Assembly (NCBI GenBank): GCA_963669175.1
Contig: OY769902.1
Coordinates: 1,920,001 to 1,984,000 of the forward strand
From: a bacterium
GTDB taxonomy: Bacteria; Electryoneota; Electryoneia; Electryoneales; Electryoneaceae
Direction of reading: 5' to 3'
DNA length: 64,000 nt
Part shown: in pieces, positions 49,698-58,802 of the stretch
Numbering within the stretch: the stretch's first letter is position 1
Layout: every line of letters starts with the position of its first letter
Notes under the pieces: model-generated
The model's input: only the letters and a program-made list of their open reading frames with translations
What the model was told of the DNA's origin: nothing
Databases searched by the model: none
Program-made: the position numbers and the translations under genes

Positions 49698-50852
49698 TTA
49701 CTTGCCCTGCTGCAGTTTTTCCCGAATCTGCCTGAGTTTGTTTTCAGCTTCAATCCGGTCTTCACGAATTTTTTCCAGTTCAACTTCGATGTACTGGATA
49801 TCATCGCGAACACTGCCGCCCCAGTCATATAAAGCCGCACGGTTAGCAGACTGCATCTGGCCCGGCATCATCATGGACTGTTGTCCATAAGACTGCTGCT
49901 GCATTCCCGGCATACTGGCCTGCTGGTAGGCAGGTCCACCGACTGCTTCAGACGTAAAGATCAGCTTGCTGGTGACACGCCAGCCCGGATAGCTGGGCGC
50001 TGAGCTGGGCTGCAGGGTCTTGTCCGTCAGTTCGTCATTCTCGTAGTATTTGATGTCAATACCCGACAGTAGTGATACACCTGGCATAATCGCGTAGCGT
50101 ATGGATGGGGTCAGGTATCCGTAGGCTTCAATAGAATAGACCTCTGCCCAGTCCTGCGGGTAGCTCATGACGTAAGTGCCCTGAGATTCCAGTGCCAGGG
50201 TAAGGCGCTGGTTCAGAGGATAAGAAATGCCCGAGTAAACGACCATGGCGTCGGTAGAAGTCGAAAACTGTCCGGAGTCGTTATAGTTTACATAACCGAA
50301 GTTATAGGTAATCTGCAAACCATCTTCGATGGACAACGGATTGGCCAGGTAGCTGAAGAGTACGTTAAACTGCATTCCCAGGTTACTGCTGGAATAGGGC
50401 TCCAGGTAAACATTTTCTACAGTTTCGGACGAGAATTTGGTCAGCAATGTTCCCTGCAATCCCCAGAAGAACGGGCTGGTGCCAAACTGCTTCCCGGCGT
50501 ATTTCCAACGCAGGTATATCCGGCCGGGAGTGTTCGCTGTGCGTGGTTGTTCGTCATCACCGGGAACAGAACTCAGGTTCAGATCCTGGTACAAAACACC
50601 AGAAACTTCAAGTTCGGTGTTCTGCAGGAATCCGTAGTTGTAGCTGAACGCAATAGTAGCATTTGACCAGCTATCGCCATCAATACTCACCATGGAACCA
50701 CGCGTATGCAGGAGATACGTCCGTGAGCCCTTGGGAATGGTCTGCGCCGCAGACACATACTGGAGAGTATAGCCTCCCTGGAATTGCTCCGCATAACTGG
50801 AAGCAACAGACAAGAGAAGCGCAACGACTACAATCCACAACAATTTGCGCAT
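49698..50852 (-). CDS. Secreted hypothetical protein, probable beta-barrel with Gln/Met-rich linker and coiled-coil tail
   Basis: RBS GGAGG, signal peptide MRKLLW..SYA, aromatic alternating strands, C-terminal heptads. Confidence 0.65.
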   Translation of the reverse strand: MRKLLWIVVVALLLSVASSYAEQFQGGYTLQYVSAAQTIPKGSRTYLLHTRGSMVSIDGDSWSNATIAFSYNYGFLQNTELEVSGVLYQDLNLSSVPGDDEQPRTANTPGRIYLRWKYAGKQFGTSPFFWGLQGTLLTKFSSETVENVYLEPYSSSNLGMQFNVLFSYLANPLSIEDGLQITYNFGYVNYNDSGQFSTSTDAMVVYSGISYPLNQRLTLALESQGTYVMSYPQDWAEVYSIEAYGYLTPSIRYAIMPGVSLLSGIDIKYYENDELTDKTLQPSSAPSYPGWRVTSKLIFTSEAVGGPAYQQASMPGMQQQSYGQQSMMMPGQMQSANRAALYDWGGSVRDDIQYIEVELEKIREDRIEAENKLRQIREKLQQGK

Positions 50853-51322
50853 ATGGCCTCCCCAACCTTCGTGCAGAAGATTGAAGTCCACGTTTAGTTC
50901 AACCCGGTTGCCGAGCACAAAGAGAACACCTCTTTTGAGATTCTCAGCATTGAAACGAAAATGTAGGCACCCATCGATAGGCGAGTCAAGCGTGCCCACC
51001 ATCTCCACTTGAAATCTATAGAAACTACTTTCCTGTCTACTAAAAAGGTGAAATTTCTTCTTCTCGAGAGTGATCTGTATCACACGAACAACATTCCTGG
51101 TTACAAACTTGCGATGATTTCTTCGGTTCCATTGTGCTGACAATGGAGGAAGGCTATGTTTATCAATCCGGTAAAAATGCCCCAAGAGGGACTCCGGTGC
51201 CCAGTAATAATTCGTGCTTTTTTTCACATAATAAGTATATTACCGTCATGGACACAGTATCGAGTGTCTAGTGTTCTTGTTTTTTGTTTTTACATACGTT
51301 ACTCCAAAGTGGAGGGTAGTCA

Positions 51323-51826
51323 GTGATTGATTTTATCAAGCCTGAACCGCCTACGAACGATAAACGGTGGAAACTGGTCAATGCTGCGATGCGGAAACAT
51401 GGGCATGCGCATCATGCATTGATTCAAACTCTGCACGCCGTACAAGGTGCATTTGGGTACCTGGATAAGGATGCGCTCGCGTATGTCGCGGCATCACTCA
51501 GATTACCACTGAGCAAGGTTTATGGCGTAGCCACGTTTTATCATTATTTCACCATGAAGCCGCAAGGCAAGCACACCTGCGTGCTGTGCACGGGAACAGC
51601 CTGTTACATCAAGGGCGTTCCGGATTTGCTTACTGTGGTTAAGGAGAAATACGGCGTAAAACTGGGCGAAACAACGGAAGATGGTGAGTTGAGTATGCTG
51701 TCTGCGCGTTGTGTTGGTGCATGTGGTCTGGCGCCGGTTGCGGTTATTGATGGGGAGACAGTGGGGAAACTGACCCCGGAATTACTGTGTGCCAAGCTGG
51801 AGGAGGTAATTAGTCATGATTCTTGA
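51323..51826 (+). CDS. hoxE: Bidirectional hydrogenase subunit HoxE
   Basis: [36 protein letters not shown]. Confidence 0.9.
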   Translation: MIDFIKPEPPTNDKRWKLVNAAMRKHGHAHHALIQTLHAVQGAFGYLDKDALAYVAASLRLPLSKVYGVATFYHYFTMKPQGKHTCVLCTGTACYIKGVPDLLTVVKEKYGVKLGETTEDGELSMLSARCVGACGLAPVAVIDGETVGKLTPELLCAKLEEVISHDS

Positions 51827-53447
51827 AGAACTCCGTGAGCTGGGCGCAAAGGTTATCGAGGAAGAACAGCAAGCGACACACCGCATTCATGTTTGCGTTG
51901 CTGCCGGTTGTGTCTCTTCCGGAAGTGACAAGGTTCTGGAAGCCTTGACCGAAGAGGTCAAGAAGCGTGAGATGTGTGAATTCTGTCTTGTCAAAGGGGT
52001 TGGTTGCATGGGCCCCTGCTCCGGCGGACCGGTGGTGCGCATTGAGAGTGAAGATGTCATGTACCAGAATGTGAGTGTAGATGACATCCCTTCGATTCTT
52101 GACCAACTTGGTAAAAAACCGGTTGACAAGCTTCTCGCACCGGCAGACACACCTTTCTTTACGCATCAGAAGAAAGTTGTTCTGGAAAACAGCGGTTTGA
52201 TTGATCCGGAACGGATTGAGGATTACATCGCACATGGCGGTTATTCAGCGCTGGTAAAAGTGTTGACCGAAATGACCTCGACTGATGTCATCCAGGAAAT
52301 CATGAATTCCGGATTGCGCGGCCGTGGTGGCGCCGGGTATCCAACAGGCTTGAAATGGAGTACCGTTTCAAAGTCGATGGACCCGATCAAATACGTCGTG
52401 TGTAACGCCGACGAAGGCGATCCGGGCGCATTCATGGACCGTAGTGTCCTGGAAAGCGATCCGCATCGTGTGCTGGAAGGCATGGCGATCGCGGCATTGG
52501 CAGTCGGGGCGCAAGAGGGGTTCGTATACGTCCGCGCGGAATACCCGCTGGCCATCAAGCGCCTGGAAAAAGCGATTAAGCAGGCGGAACGCAACGGTGT
52601 CCTCGGAAAGCGTGTTTTCGGAACAACCTTTGACCTGCATCTGGAAATCCGGTTGGGCGCAGGAGCGTTTGTCTGCGGTGAAGAAACTGCGCTACTGGCC
52701 AGCATTGAGGGGGAACGTGGCACTCCACGTCCCCGTCCGCCATACCCGGCAGAGCAGGGACTATGGGGCCACTCCACGCTGATCAATAACGTGGAGACTT
52801 ACGCCAATATTCCCGCTATCATCCGTAATGGCGCAGACTGGTATTCTGAGATCGGCACGGACTCCAGCAAGGGCACCAAGGTGTTTGCGTTGGCTGGACG
52901 TATCAACAATACCGGGTTGATCGAAGTTCCGATGGGTATCACCCTCCGCGAGATCGTTGAAGAGATGGGCGGCGGCATCCCGGATGGAAAGAAGTTCAAG
53001 GCGGTGCAGACCGGTGGGCCGTCCGGCGGTTGTATCCCGTCCCAGTTCCTGGATGAACCGGTTGATTACGAAACGCTGTCGCGGCTGGGGTCTATCATGG
53101 GGTCCGGAGGGATGATCATCATGGATGAGACCTCCAACATGGTGGATGTGGCCAAGTATTTCATGGAATTCAGCATGTCTGAATCCTGTGGCAAGTGTGT
53201 GCCGTGCAGGGTTGGCTCTGTTCACCTGTACAACCTGCTGGAAAAGATCCTGGCGGGGAAAGGGCATCCGGATGATATCACGCGGATGGAAGAGCTTTGC
53301 GAACTGATGAACAATGCAAGCCTGTGCGGGTTGGGGCAGTCCGCTCCCAATCCGATCAAGAGTACGCTCCGCTATTTCCGTGATGAATACGACACCCTGA
53401 TTCAGGGTAATGGGTCGGCAACGGCTGAAACCGAGGAGGCCCGCTGA
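51816..53447 (+). CDS. hoxF: Bidirectional hydrogenase diaphorase subunit HoxF
   Basis: N-terminal thioredoxin-like 2Fe-2S; [33 protein letters not shown]. Confidence 0.92.
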   Translation: MILEELRELGAKVIEEEQQATHRIHVCVAAGCVSSGSDKVLEALTEEVKKREMCEFCLVKGVGCMGPCSGGPVVRIESEDVMYQNVSVDDIPSILDQLGKKPVDKLLAPADTPFFTHQKKVVLENSGLIDPERIEDYIAHGGYSALVKVLTEMTSTDVIQEIMNSGLRGRGGAGYPTGLKWSTVSKSMDPIKYVVCNADEGDPGAFMDRSVLESDPHRVLEGMAIAALAVGAQEGFVYVRAEYPLAIKRLEKAIKQAERNGVLGKRVFGTTFDLHLEIRLGAGAFVCGEETALLASIEGERGTPRPRPPYPAEQGLWGHSTLINNVETYANIPAIIRNGADWYSEIGTDSSKGTKVFALAGRINNTGLIEVPMGITLREIVEEMGGGIPDGKKFKAVQTGGPSGGCIPSQFLDEPVDYETLSRLGSIMGSGGMIIMDETSNMVDVAKYFMEFSMSESCGKCVPCRVGSVHLYNLLEKILAGKGHPDDITRMEELCELMNNASLCGLGQSAPNPIKSTLRYFRDEYDTLIQGNGSATAETEEAR

Positions 53448-54175
53448 TGTTGGATCAACCAAGACATAGCATCAAGACGCTGAGGATAGATGGGAAAGAT
53501 GTCGGCGCTCGTTCTGACGAGACTATTCTCCAGGTAGCGCGTGAAAACGGGATATGGATTCCTACCCTGTGTCACCTGGAAGGTCTTGATCCTATCGGTG
53601 CGTGCCGTCTCTGCCTGGTAGAGATCGAAGGCAGCAAAAAGCTTCATCCTGCATGCGTGACCCGAGTTGGGGAAGGCATGGTTGTCCATACCCGTTCCGA
53701 ACGGCTGGACAAGTACCGCAAGATGATCCTGGAACTGCTTTTCAGCGAACGGAACCATGTTTGTGCGGTTTGCATTTCCAACGGCCACTGTGAATTGCAG
53801 CAGCTCGCCCAGGAATTGCAGGTAGATCACAGCCGTTTCCCGTACCTGCATAACAAGCATCGTGTCGATGCTACTCACGACCGTTTCCTGCAGGATGACA
53901 ACCGTTGTATCCTGTGCGGACGTTGTGTGCGTGTTTGCGGCCAGATCGAGGGCGCTTTCACCTGGAACCTGACCGGACGCGGGATCGGTACACGGGTGAT
54001 TACGGACCTGGATGATCCCTGGGGCGAGTCTGAATCCTGCACCCGTTGCGGGAAGTGTGTTCAAATTTGTCCCACAGGGGCATTGATTGAGAAAGGCAGA
54101 AGCGTGGCCGAGATGGCCAAACGTCGTCAGTTCCTGCCATACCTGACGATGATGCGCTCGGAGGAAAAGCGATGA
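53447..54175 (+). CDS. hoxU: Bidirectional hydrogenase subunit HoxU
   Basis: [37 protein letters not shown]. Confidence 0.92.
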   Translation: MLDQPRHSIKTLRIDGKDVGARSDETILQVARENGIWIPTLCHLEGLDPIGACRLCLVEIEGSKKLHPACVTRVGEGMVVHTRSERLDKYRKMILELLFSERNHVCAVCISNGHCELQQLAQELQVDHSRFPYLHNKHRVDATHDRFLQDDNRCILCGRCVRVCGQIEGAFTWNLTGRGIGTRVITDLDDPWGESESCTRCGKCVQICPTGALIEKGRSVAEMAKRRQFLPYLTMMRSEEKR

Positions 54176-54705
54176 GTAAACCAACAATGGCCACCATCTG
54201 GTTGGATGGATGTTCCGGCTGTCACATGTCTTTCTTGGACATTGATCAACGTATTCTTGAGCTGGCGGAGAAGGCTACGATAGTCTACAGTCCGCTGGTT
54301 GACAGGAAAAAATTCCCTGAAAAGGTTGATATAGCATTGGTTGAGGGGTCTGTTTCAACCGTTGAGGATATGGCGAAGATCAAAAAGATCCGCAAACGTA
54401 CCAAGCTTCTCGTTGCCTTGGGGGATTGCGCCGTAACAGGTAATATCCCGGCCATGAGAAACAAGTTCGGGCCGCAGTCCGTCTTGGAACTTGCCTACAT
54501 CGAAAACGTCGGCAAGAATCCACAGATTCCTACGGAGGACGTCCCGGAATTGCTCGACTGGGTGTACCCGGTTGATGAAATCGTGGATGTGGATGTTTAC
54601 TTGCCGGGATGCCCACCCCCGGCAGACGCGATCTGGTATGTCCTGACCGAGATTCTTGAAGGACGTACCCCCGATCCCTCAACTCTGACTCGTTTTGGTA
54701 AGTAA
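54172..54705 (+). CDS. hoxY: [NiFe] hydrogenase small subunit HoxY
   Basis: [20 protein letters not shown]. Confidence 0.92.
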   Translation: MSKPTMATIWLDGCSGCHMSFLDIDQRILELAEKATIVYSPLVDRKKFPEKVDIALVEGSVSTVEDMAKIKKIRKRTKLLVALGDCAVTGNIPAMRNKFGPQSVLELAYIENVGKNPQIPTEDVPELLDWVYPVDEIVDVDVYLPGCPPPADAIWYVLTEILEGRTPDPSTLTRFGK

Positions 54706-54717
54706 AGGAGCGCAAGA

Positions 54718-56169
54718 ATGGGTAAGCGCATTGTAATAGATCCTGTCACGCGAATCGAGGGACACAGCAAGATTACGCTGCATCTCGATGATAGCGGTGT
54801 GGTTCAGGATGCCCGTTTTCATGTCACCCAGTTTCGTGGATTTGAGAAGTTCTGCCAGGGACGGCCGTTTTATGAAATGCCATCCCTGCTGGCGAGAACC
54901 TGCGGCATTTGCCCGGTTTCTCACCTGATCGCAGGCGCAAAAGCCTGTGACGACCTGTTTGCCGTCCAGATACCGCGTACAGCGATCATGTTGCGACGGA
55001 TTATGAACCTCGCGCAGATCATGCAGTCGCATGCGTTGAACTTTTTCTACCTGTCAGCGCCGGACCTGCTGCTGGGAATGGAAGCAGAACGTGAAGATCG
55101 GAATATCTTCGGCGTCTACGCTGCTGAACCGGAACTGGCGAAAAACGGTATCCGTCTGCGTCAGATCGGGCAACAGATCATTGAGCTTCTCGGCAAGAAG
55201 CGGATTCACCCTGCATGGGTGGTCCCGGGCGGGGTGAACCATCCTTTATCCCCGGAACACCGTGACATGATCCGTGACATGATGCCGGAAGCGATTGACC
55301 TTGCACGGTCCACGCTGGACTGGTACAAGGAACGAATGCACAATTTCCAGGAAGAGATCAGCACCTTTGCCAATTTTCCCAGTTTCTTCATGGGACTGGT
55401 AGACCGACTGGGTAACCTGGAACATTATGACGGCACCTTGCGGGTAGTCGATGCGGCCGGGAACCGTGTGGTCGATGGCCATGATACATTGAAATACTTC
55501 GACTTGATGGATGAAGCGGTTGAACCGTGGACCTACATGAAGTTTGCCTACCTGAAATCCATCGGCTATCCTAAGGGTATGTATCGTGTAGGCCCGTTGG
55601 CACGGTTGAATATCATTGACCAGTGCGGAACCGAGCTGGCCGACCAGGAACTCAGGGAGTTCAGGGGTGGCGACAAGTTGAACGAGTTTGGCGGCGGTAC
55701 AGAAAAACCAGTGCTGTCCAGTTTCCATTATCACTGGGCGCGACTGATTGAAATTCTGTTCGCCGCTGAACGGATCAAGGCATTGCTGGATGATCCGGAT
55801 ATTCTCAGTGACCATGTCCGCGCCCATGCCGAACCGAACAGCTTTGACGGTGTCGGTGTGACCGAAGCCCCGCGTGGCACACTGGTTCACCATTACCGCA
55901 TCGACAAGCAGGGGCTGGTGACCTGGGCGAACTTCATTATCGCAACCGGGCATAACAACCTGGCGATGAACCGTGGTATTCTGCAGGTCGCCAAAGATTT
56001 CGTCAGTGGCGACGCCATGAAGCCGGGTATGCTGAACCGTGTAGAAGCGGTGATTCGCGCGTTTGATCCGTGCCTGAGTTGTTCTACACACGCTGTCGGC
56101 CAGATGCAGTTGCAGGTGCAGCTTATCGGCCCCGATGGCGCTGTGCTGGCTGAACAGACACGCGAGTAA
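54718..56169 (+). CDS. hoxH: [NiFe] hydrogenase large subunit HoxH (group 3d)
   Basis: TRIEGH, RTCGICPVSH (L1), EAPRG, DPCLSCSTH (L2) plus cleavable tail. Confidence 0.94.
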   Translation: MGKRIVIDPVTRIEGHSKITLHLDDSGVVQDARFHVTQFRGFEKFCQGRPFYEMPSLLARTCGICPVSHLIAGAKACDDLFAVQIPRTAIMLRRIMNLAQIMQSHALNFFYLSAPDLLLGMEAEREDRNIFGVYAAEPELAKNGIRLRQIGQQIIELLGKKRIHPAWVVPGGVNHPLSPEHRDMIRDMMPEAIDLARSTLDWYKERMHNFQEEISTFANFPSFFMGLVDRLGNLEHYDGTLRVVDAAGNRVVDGHDTLKYFDLMDEAVEPWTYMKFAYLKSIGYPKGMYRVGPLARLNIIDQCGTELADQELREFRGGDKLNEFGGGTEKPVLSSFHYHWARLIEILFAAERIKALLDDPDILSDHVRAHAEPNSFDGVGVTEAPRGTLVHHYRIDKQGLVTWANFIIATGHNNLAMNRGILQVAKDFVSGDAMKPGMLNRVEAVIRAFDPCLSCSTHAVGQMQLQVQLIGPDGAVLAEQTRE

Positions 56170-56626
56170 ACCTGTGCGTACCCTTCTCATTGGCATAGGG
56201 AACACCTTACGAGAAGATGATGCCGCCGGACCGGAAACGGTCCGGCGGTTTGCTGAGCTGTACCCTGGATTGCCCGATCTGGGCATCGTCATCGAACAGC
56301 AGGTCATGCCCGAGCATGCTGCGATGATGGCGGAGGTTGCACGTGTGATACTCGTGGATTGCAGGGTCGGCACAGATGCACCCGGCTCACTGCGTGTCGA
56401 AAAACTGGACGAGAATGAAAAGGAATCAACTGGAACGACGATGGATCATACGATGACGGTTAATGGTGTGCTACAATTATGTAAAACACTTTATGGACAT
56501 GTCCCGGAAACCTGGCAGGTGACCATCACCGGTTCTCAATTCGGGTTATCGGAACAGGTTTCGGAAGAGGTGGAAAAAGCGATTCCGGCTGTGGTTGAGA
56601 CAATTCTGGAAATCGTGAAGAAATAG
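56135..56626 (+). CDS. hoxW: Hydrogenase maturation protease
   Basis: IGIGN.LR.DD.AG, VD, H; follows hoxH. Confidence 0.82.
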   Translation: MALCWLNRHASKPVRTLLIGIGNTLREDDAAGPETVRRFAELYPGLPDLGIVIEQQVMPEHAAMMAEVARVILVDCRVGTDAPGSLRVEKLDENEKESTGTTMDHTMTVNGVLQLCKTLYGHVPETWQVTITGSQFGLSEQVSEEVEKAIPAVVETILEIVKK

Positions 56627-56842
56627 AACAGTTCTATTGGCCTCGAAAGAAGATTGGCCCCGCCGGCTCGAAGAAAACTGGGGACTGACCCGCGGTTTGT
56701 AGGGGCTGTCCCCAGTTTTCCCGGCGGGGTTTATTCTTACTGAGTATTCAGAGTTCAACCTTATGTAATAATCTGGTTTCCTCACAATTTCTTTCGATAA
56801 ATTTACCAACAACTGAAGGACCTATTTCTCTAATTATATTTA

Positions 56843-56973
56843 CAATAGACCACCGCCGGACAAACGCCTTCGCAAGCTACGGCGTTTTCAAGCCGGCGGG
56901 GCCAAAACAACAACGGCGTTTTCAAGCCGGCGGGGCCAAAACAACAACGGCGTTTTCAAGCCGGCGGGGCCAA
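56843..56973 (+). repeat. Hairpin module (CCGCCGG...GCCTTCGC..GCTACGGC...CCGGCGGGGCCAA) with 34-nt tandem triplication
   Basis: ACGGCGTTTTCAAGCCGGCGGGGCCAA at 56879, 56913 and 56947; same family as the 20316 module. Confidence 0.8.
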
Positions 56974-57015
56974 TCCAGGTCAGTTTTCTTCAAGCCGACG
57001 GGATCAAAGTCGTCG

Positions 57016-57846
57016 TCACTTCCCCTGCGAAGCGACATACTTCTGCATCACATCGCGTGTGAGGTCAATCAGATCAGGTGAGAACTTCTGTCGCAAACCG
57101 CCATGTCCCGGAACCACCCGCACGGGATCAAACCGTTCCAGGTAATCAACAGCGTGTACCCAGGATTCCGCGTCCGCTTCTTTCATGTTTCCTATGGATG
57201 TCCAGGCCCGCACCATGCACCCGCCGAACAGGATTTTCCGGTCCGGCAGCCAGACCACGACATTATCAATCGTATGAGCATGGCCAGGATAATGCACCTC
57301 AATGCGTTCTCCACCCCAATTCAATTGCATGCCTTCATTCAGCGGGAAAACATGATCCGGCGGAACAGGAGTGAATGTCTCGTAGAAAGCGCGAATTTTT
57401 GGGTTCTCGAATTCGGCTGCTGTGTCCTTGTAAGGCAATTCCCCATCTTCGGCCAGCAGTTCAACTGATTTGTCCGAACCGTAGACGGAGAATCCGCGAG
57501 CCAGGAGAACCTCATTGCCGCCAAGACAATCGACATGGTAATGGGTGTTGATCTCGATAATTTCCGGATTCTCAACCTGGGTTTCGATCCAATCCAGAAC
57601 AAGCTGTGTTGCTTCCGGGGTGATTGGAGTGTCAGCGAACAGCACTTTCCCGGAATCGAGAAAGGCGATCATGGAATTGCTGGGCCAGGGGAAAATGTGG
57701 TTCACCACCCAGGTCCGTTCTTCGATCTGGTACAACTCCAGATCCTCACTGAGCATTACTGTGGGTAGTGTATCAGTCGCTTGAGCGAACACGTTGCAGG
57801 AGCACACAATTAGCGCCATCACCAAGAGCAGAGCAGTTCGATTCAT
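57016..57846 (-). CDS. Subclass B1 metallo-beta-lactamase-like protein
   Basis: Signal peptide; THYHVDCLGG, PGHAHTIDN, LFGGCMV, VPGHG. Confidence 0.8.
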   Translation of the reverse strand: MNRTALLLVMALIVCSCNVFAQATDTLPTVMLSEDLELYQIEERTWVVNHIFPWPSNSMIAFLDSGKVLFADTPITPEATQLVLDWIETQVENPEIIEINTHYHVDCLGGNEVLLARGFSVYGSDKSVELLAEDGELPYKDTAAEFENPKIRAFYETFTPVPPDHVFPLNEGMQLNWGGERIEVHYPGHAHTIDNVVVWLPDRKILFGGCMVRAWTSIGNMKEADAESWVHAVDYLERFDPVRVVPGHGGLRQKFSPDLIDLTRDVMQKYVASQGK

Positions 57847-57978
57847 GGTTTCCCCTTTCGGTTGACATCTTGATGGTAAGCCACTTTTCCAGCTTGTAAC
57901 AAGCGAAATTTCTCATGCCTCAGCATTATATTGTTACACACTCGCTGTTCACTTTCACGAAACCAACATTGGTGGAAG

Positions 57979-58686
57979 ATGCAACAACCAGAAGACAAAG
58001 AGATTCTGCCGGATGTATGGTGGTGGGGCAGCCTGATGTGGTTGCTGGAACATGTAGCAGCACGCATAGCCAGATTCTGGGCGCGAACGTGGCGATACGA
58101 GTTTCAGGAACTGGATAATGTTCGAAAGGCACGCAAGCTGGGGCCGGTGTTTATCGGTAGCTGGCATGGAAATATTTTTTCTCAAACGCTTTTTGGTTGC
58201 GATCGTGGTATTGTTGCCCTGGTTTCCCCGGTGTGGGAGGGGGAAATTATCGCAAGACTGTTGCAGGGGCTGGGATTTGAGCTGATCCGGGGATCGTCAG
58301 GCACAAGTCGACTTGGCGGATTTCGTGAGTCTATTCGTGTGTTGCGTGAAGGGCGTATCCTCACGGCTGCCATGGATGGACCTGAAGGGCCGGCAAAAAT
58401 AGTGAAACCGGGTATTGTCACTACAGTCGCTGCCGGAAAAGGGGTGGTGCTTCCTGTGTTTGCTACAGGGACACCGGCGTTTCGCCTGCACACCTGGGAC
58501 AGGCATGAGATTCCCTTACCTTTCGCACGGATGATCGTGCGTTTTGGTGAGCCTGTTGCTTTTCCGGTAAGACCACGAGGTGAAACCATAGAGCGTTACA
58601 GGGAAAAAATAGAGATCAGTATGCTGCAATTGGAGAAAGAGGTCAGAAAAGGTCTGGATGCTGGTGGATTGTTTCATCAAATGTGA
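57979..58686 (+). CDS. DUF374 / lysophospholipid acyltransferase family protein
   Basis: WHG, LVS...GE, IRGSS, DGP.GP, WDR..IPLPF. Confidence 0.85.
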   Translation: MQQPEDKEILPDVWWWGSLMWLLEHVAARIARFWARTWRYEFQELDNVRKARKLGPVFIGSWHGNIFSQTLFGCDRGIVALVSPVWEGEIIARLLQGLGFELIRGSSGTSRLGGFRESIRVLREGRILTAAMDGPEGPAKIVKPGIVTTVAAGKGVVLPVFATGTPAFRLHTWDRHEIPLPFARMIVRFGEPVAFPVRPRGETIERYREKIEISMLQLEKEVRKGLDAGGLFHQM

Positions 58687-58802
58687 GTGATACTGTTGTC
58701 ATAGGCGCCTTGTCCAGAACGATGACGCGCAACTCGGTATCAATCATTTCAGGTGAAACGGTCAACAAGTTCGATACAGGATCCCCAAAGGAACCTTTCA
58801 TC

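Noticed and set aside
50853-51227. N-terminal extension of the 509-aa ORF
   Set aside because: Signal peptide and GGAGG RBS place the start at 50852; the extension covers the divergent promoter region
54718-56169. Selenocysteine hydrogenase suggested by the YedF-like gene
   Set aside because: All four Ni ligands are Cys and there is no in-frame TGA
56879-56973. Mini-CRISPR
   Set aside because: Identical 34-nt tandem units with no unique spacers
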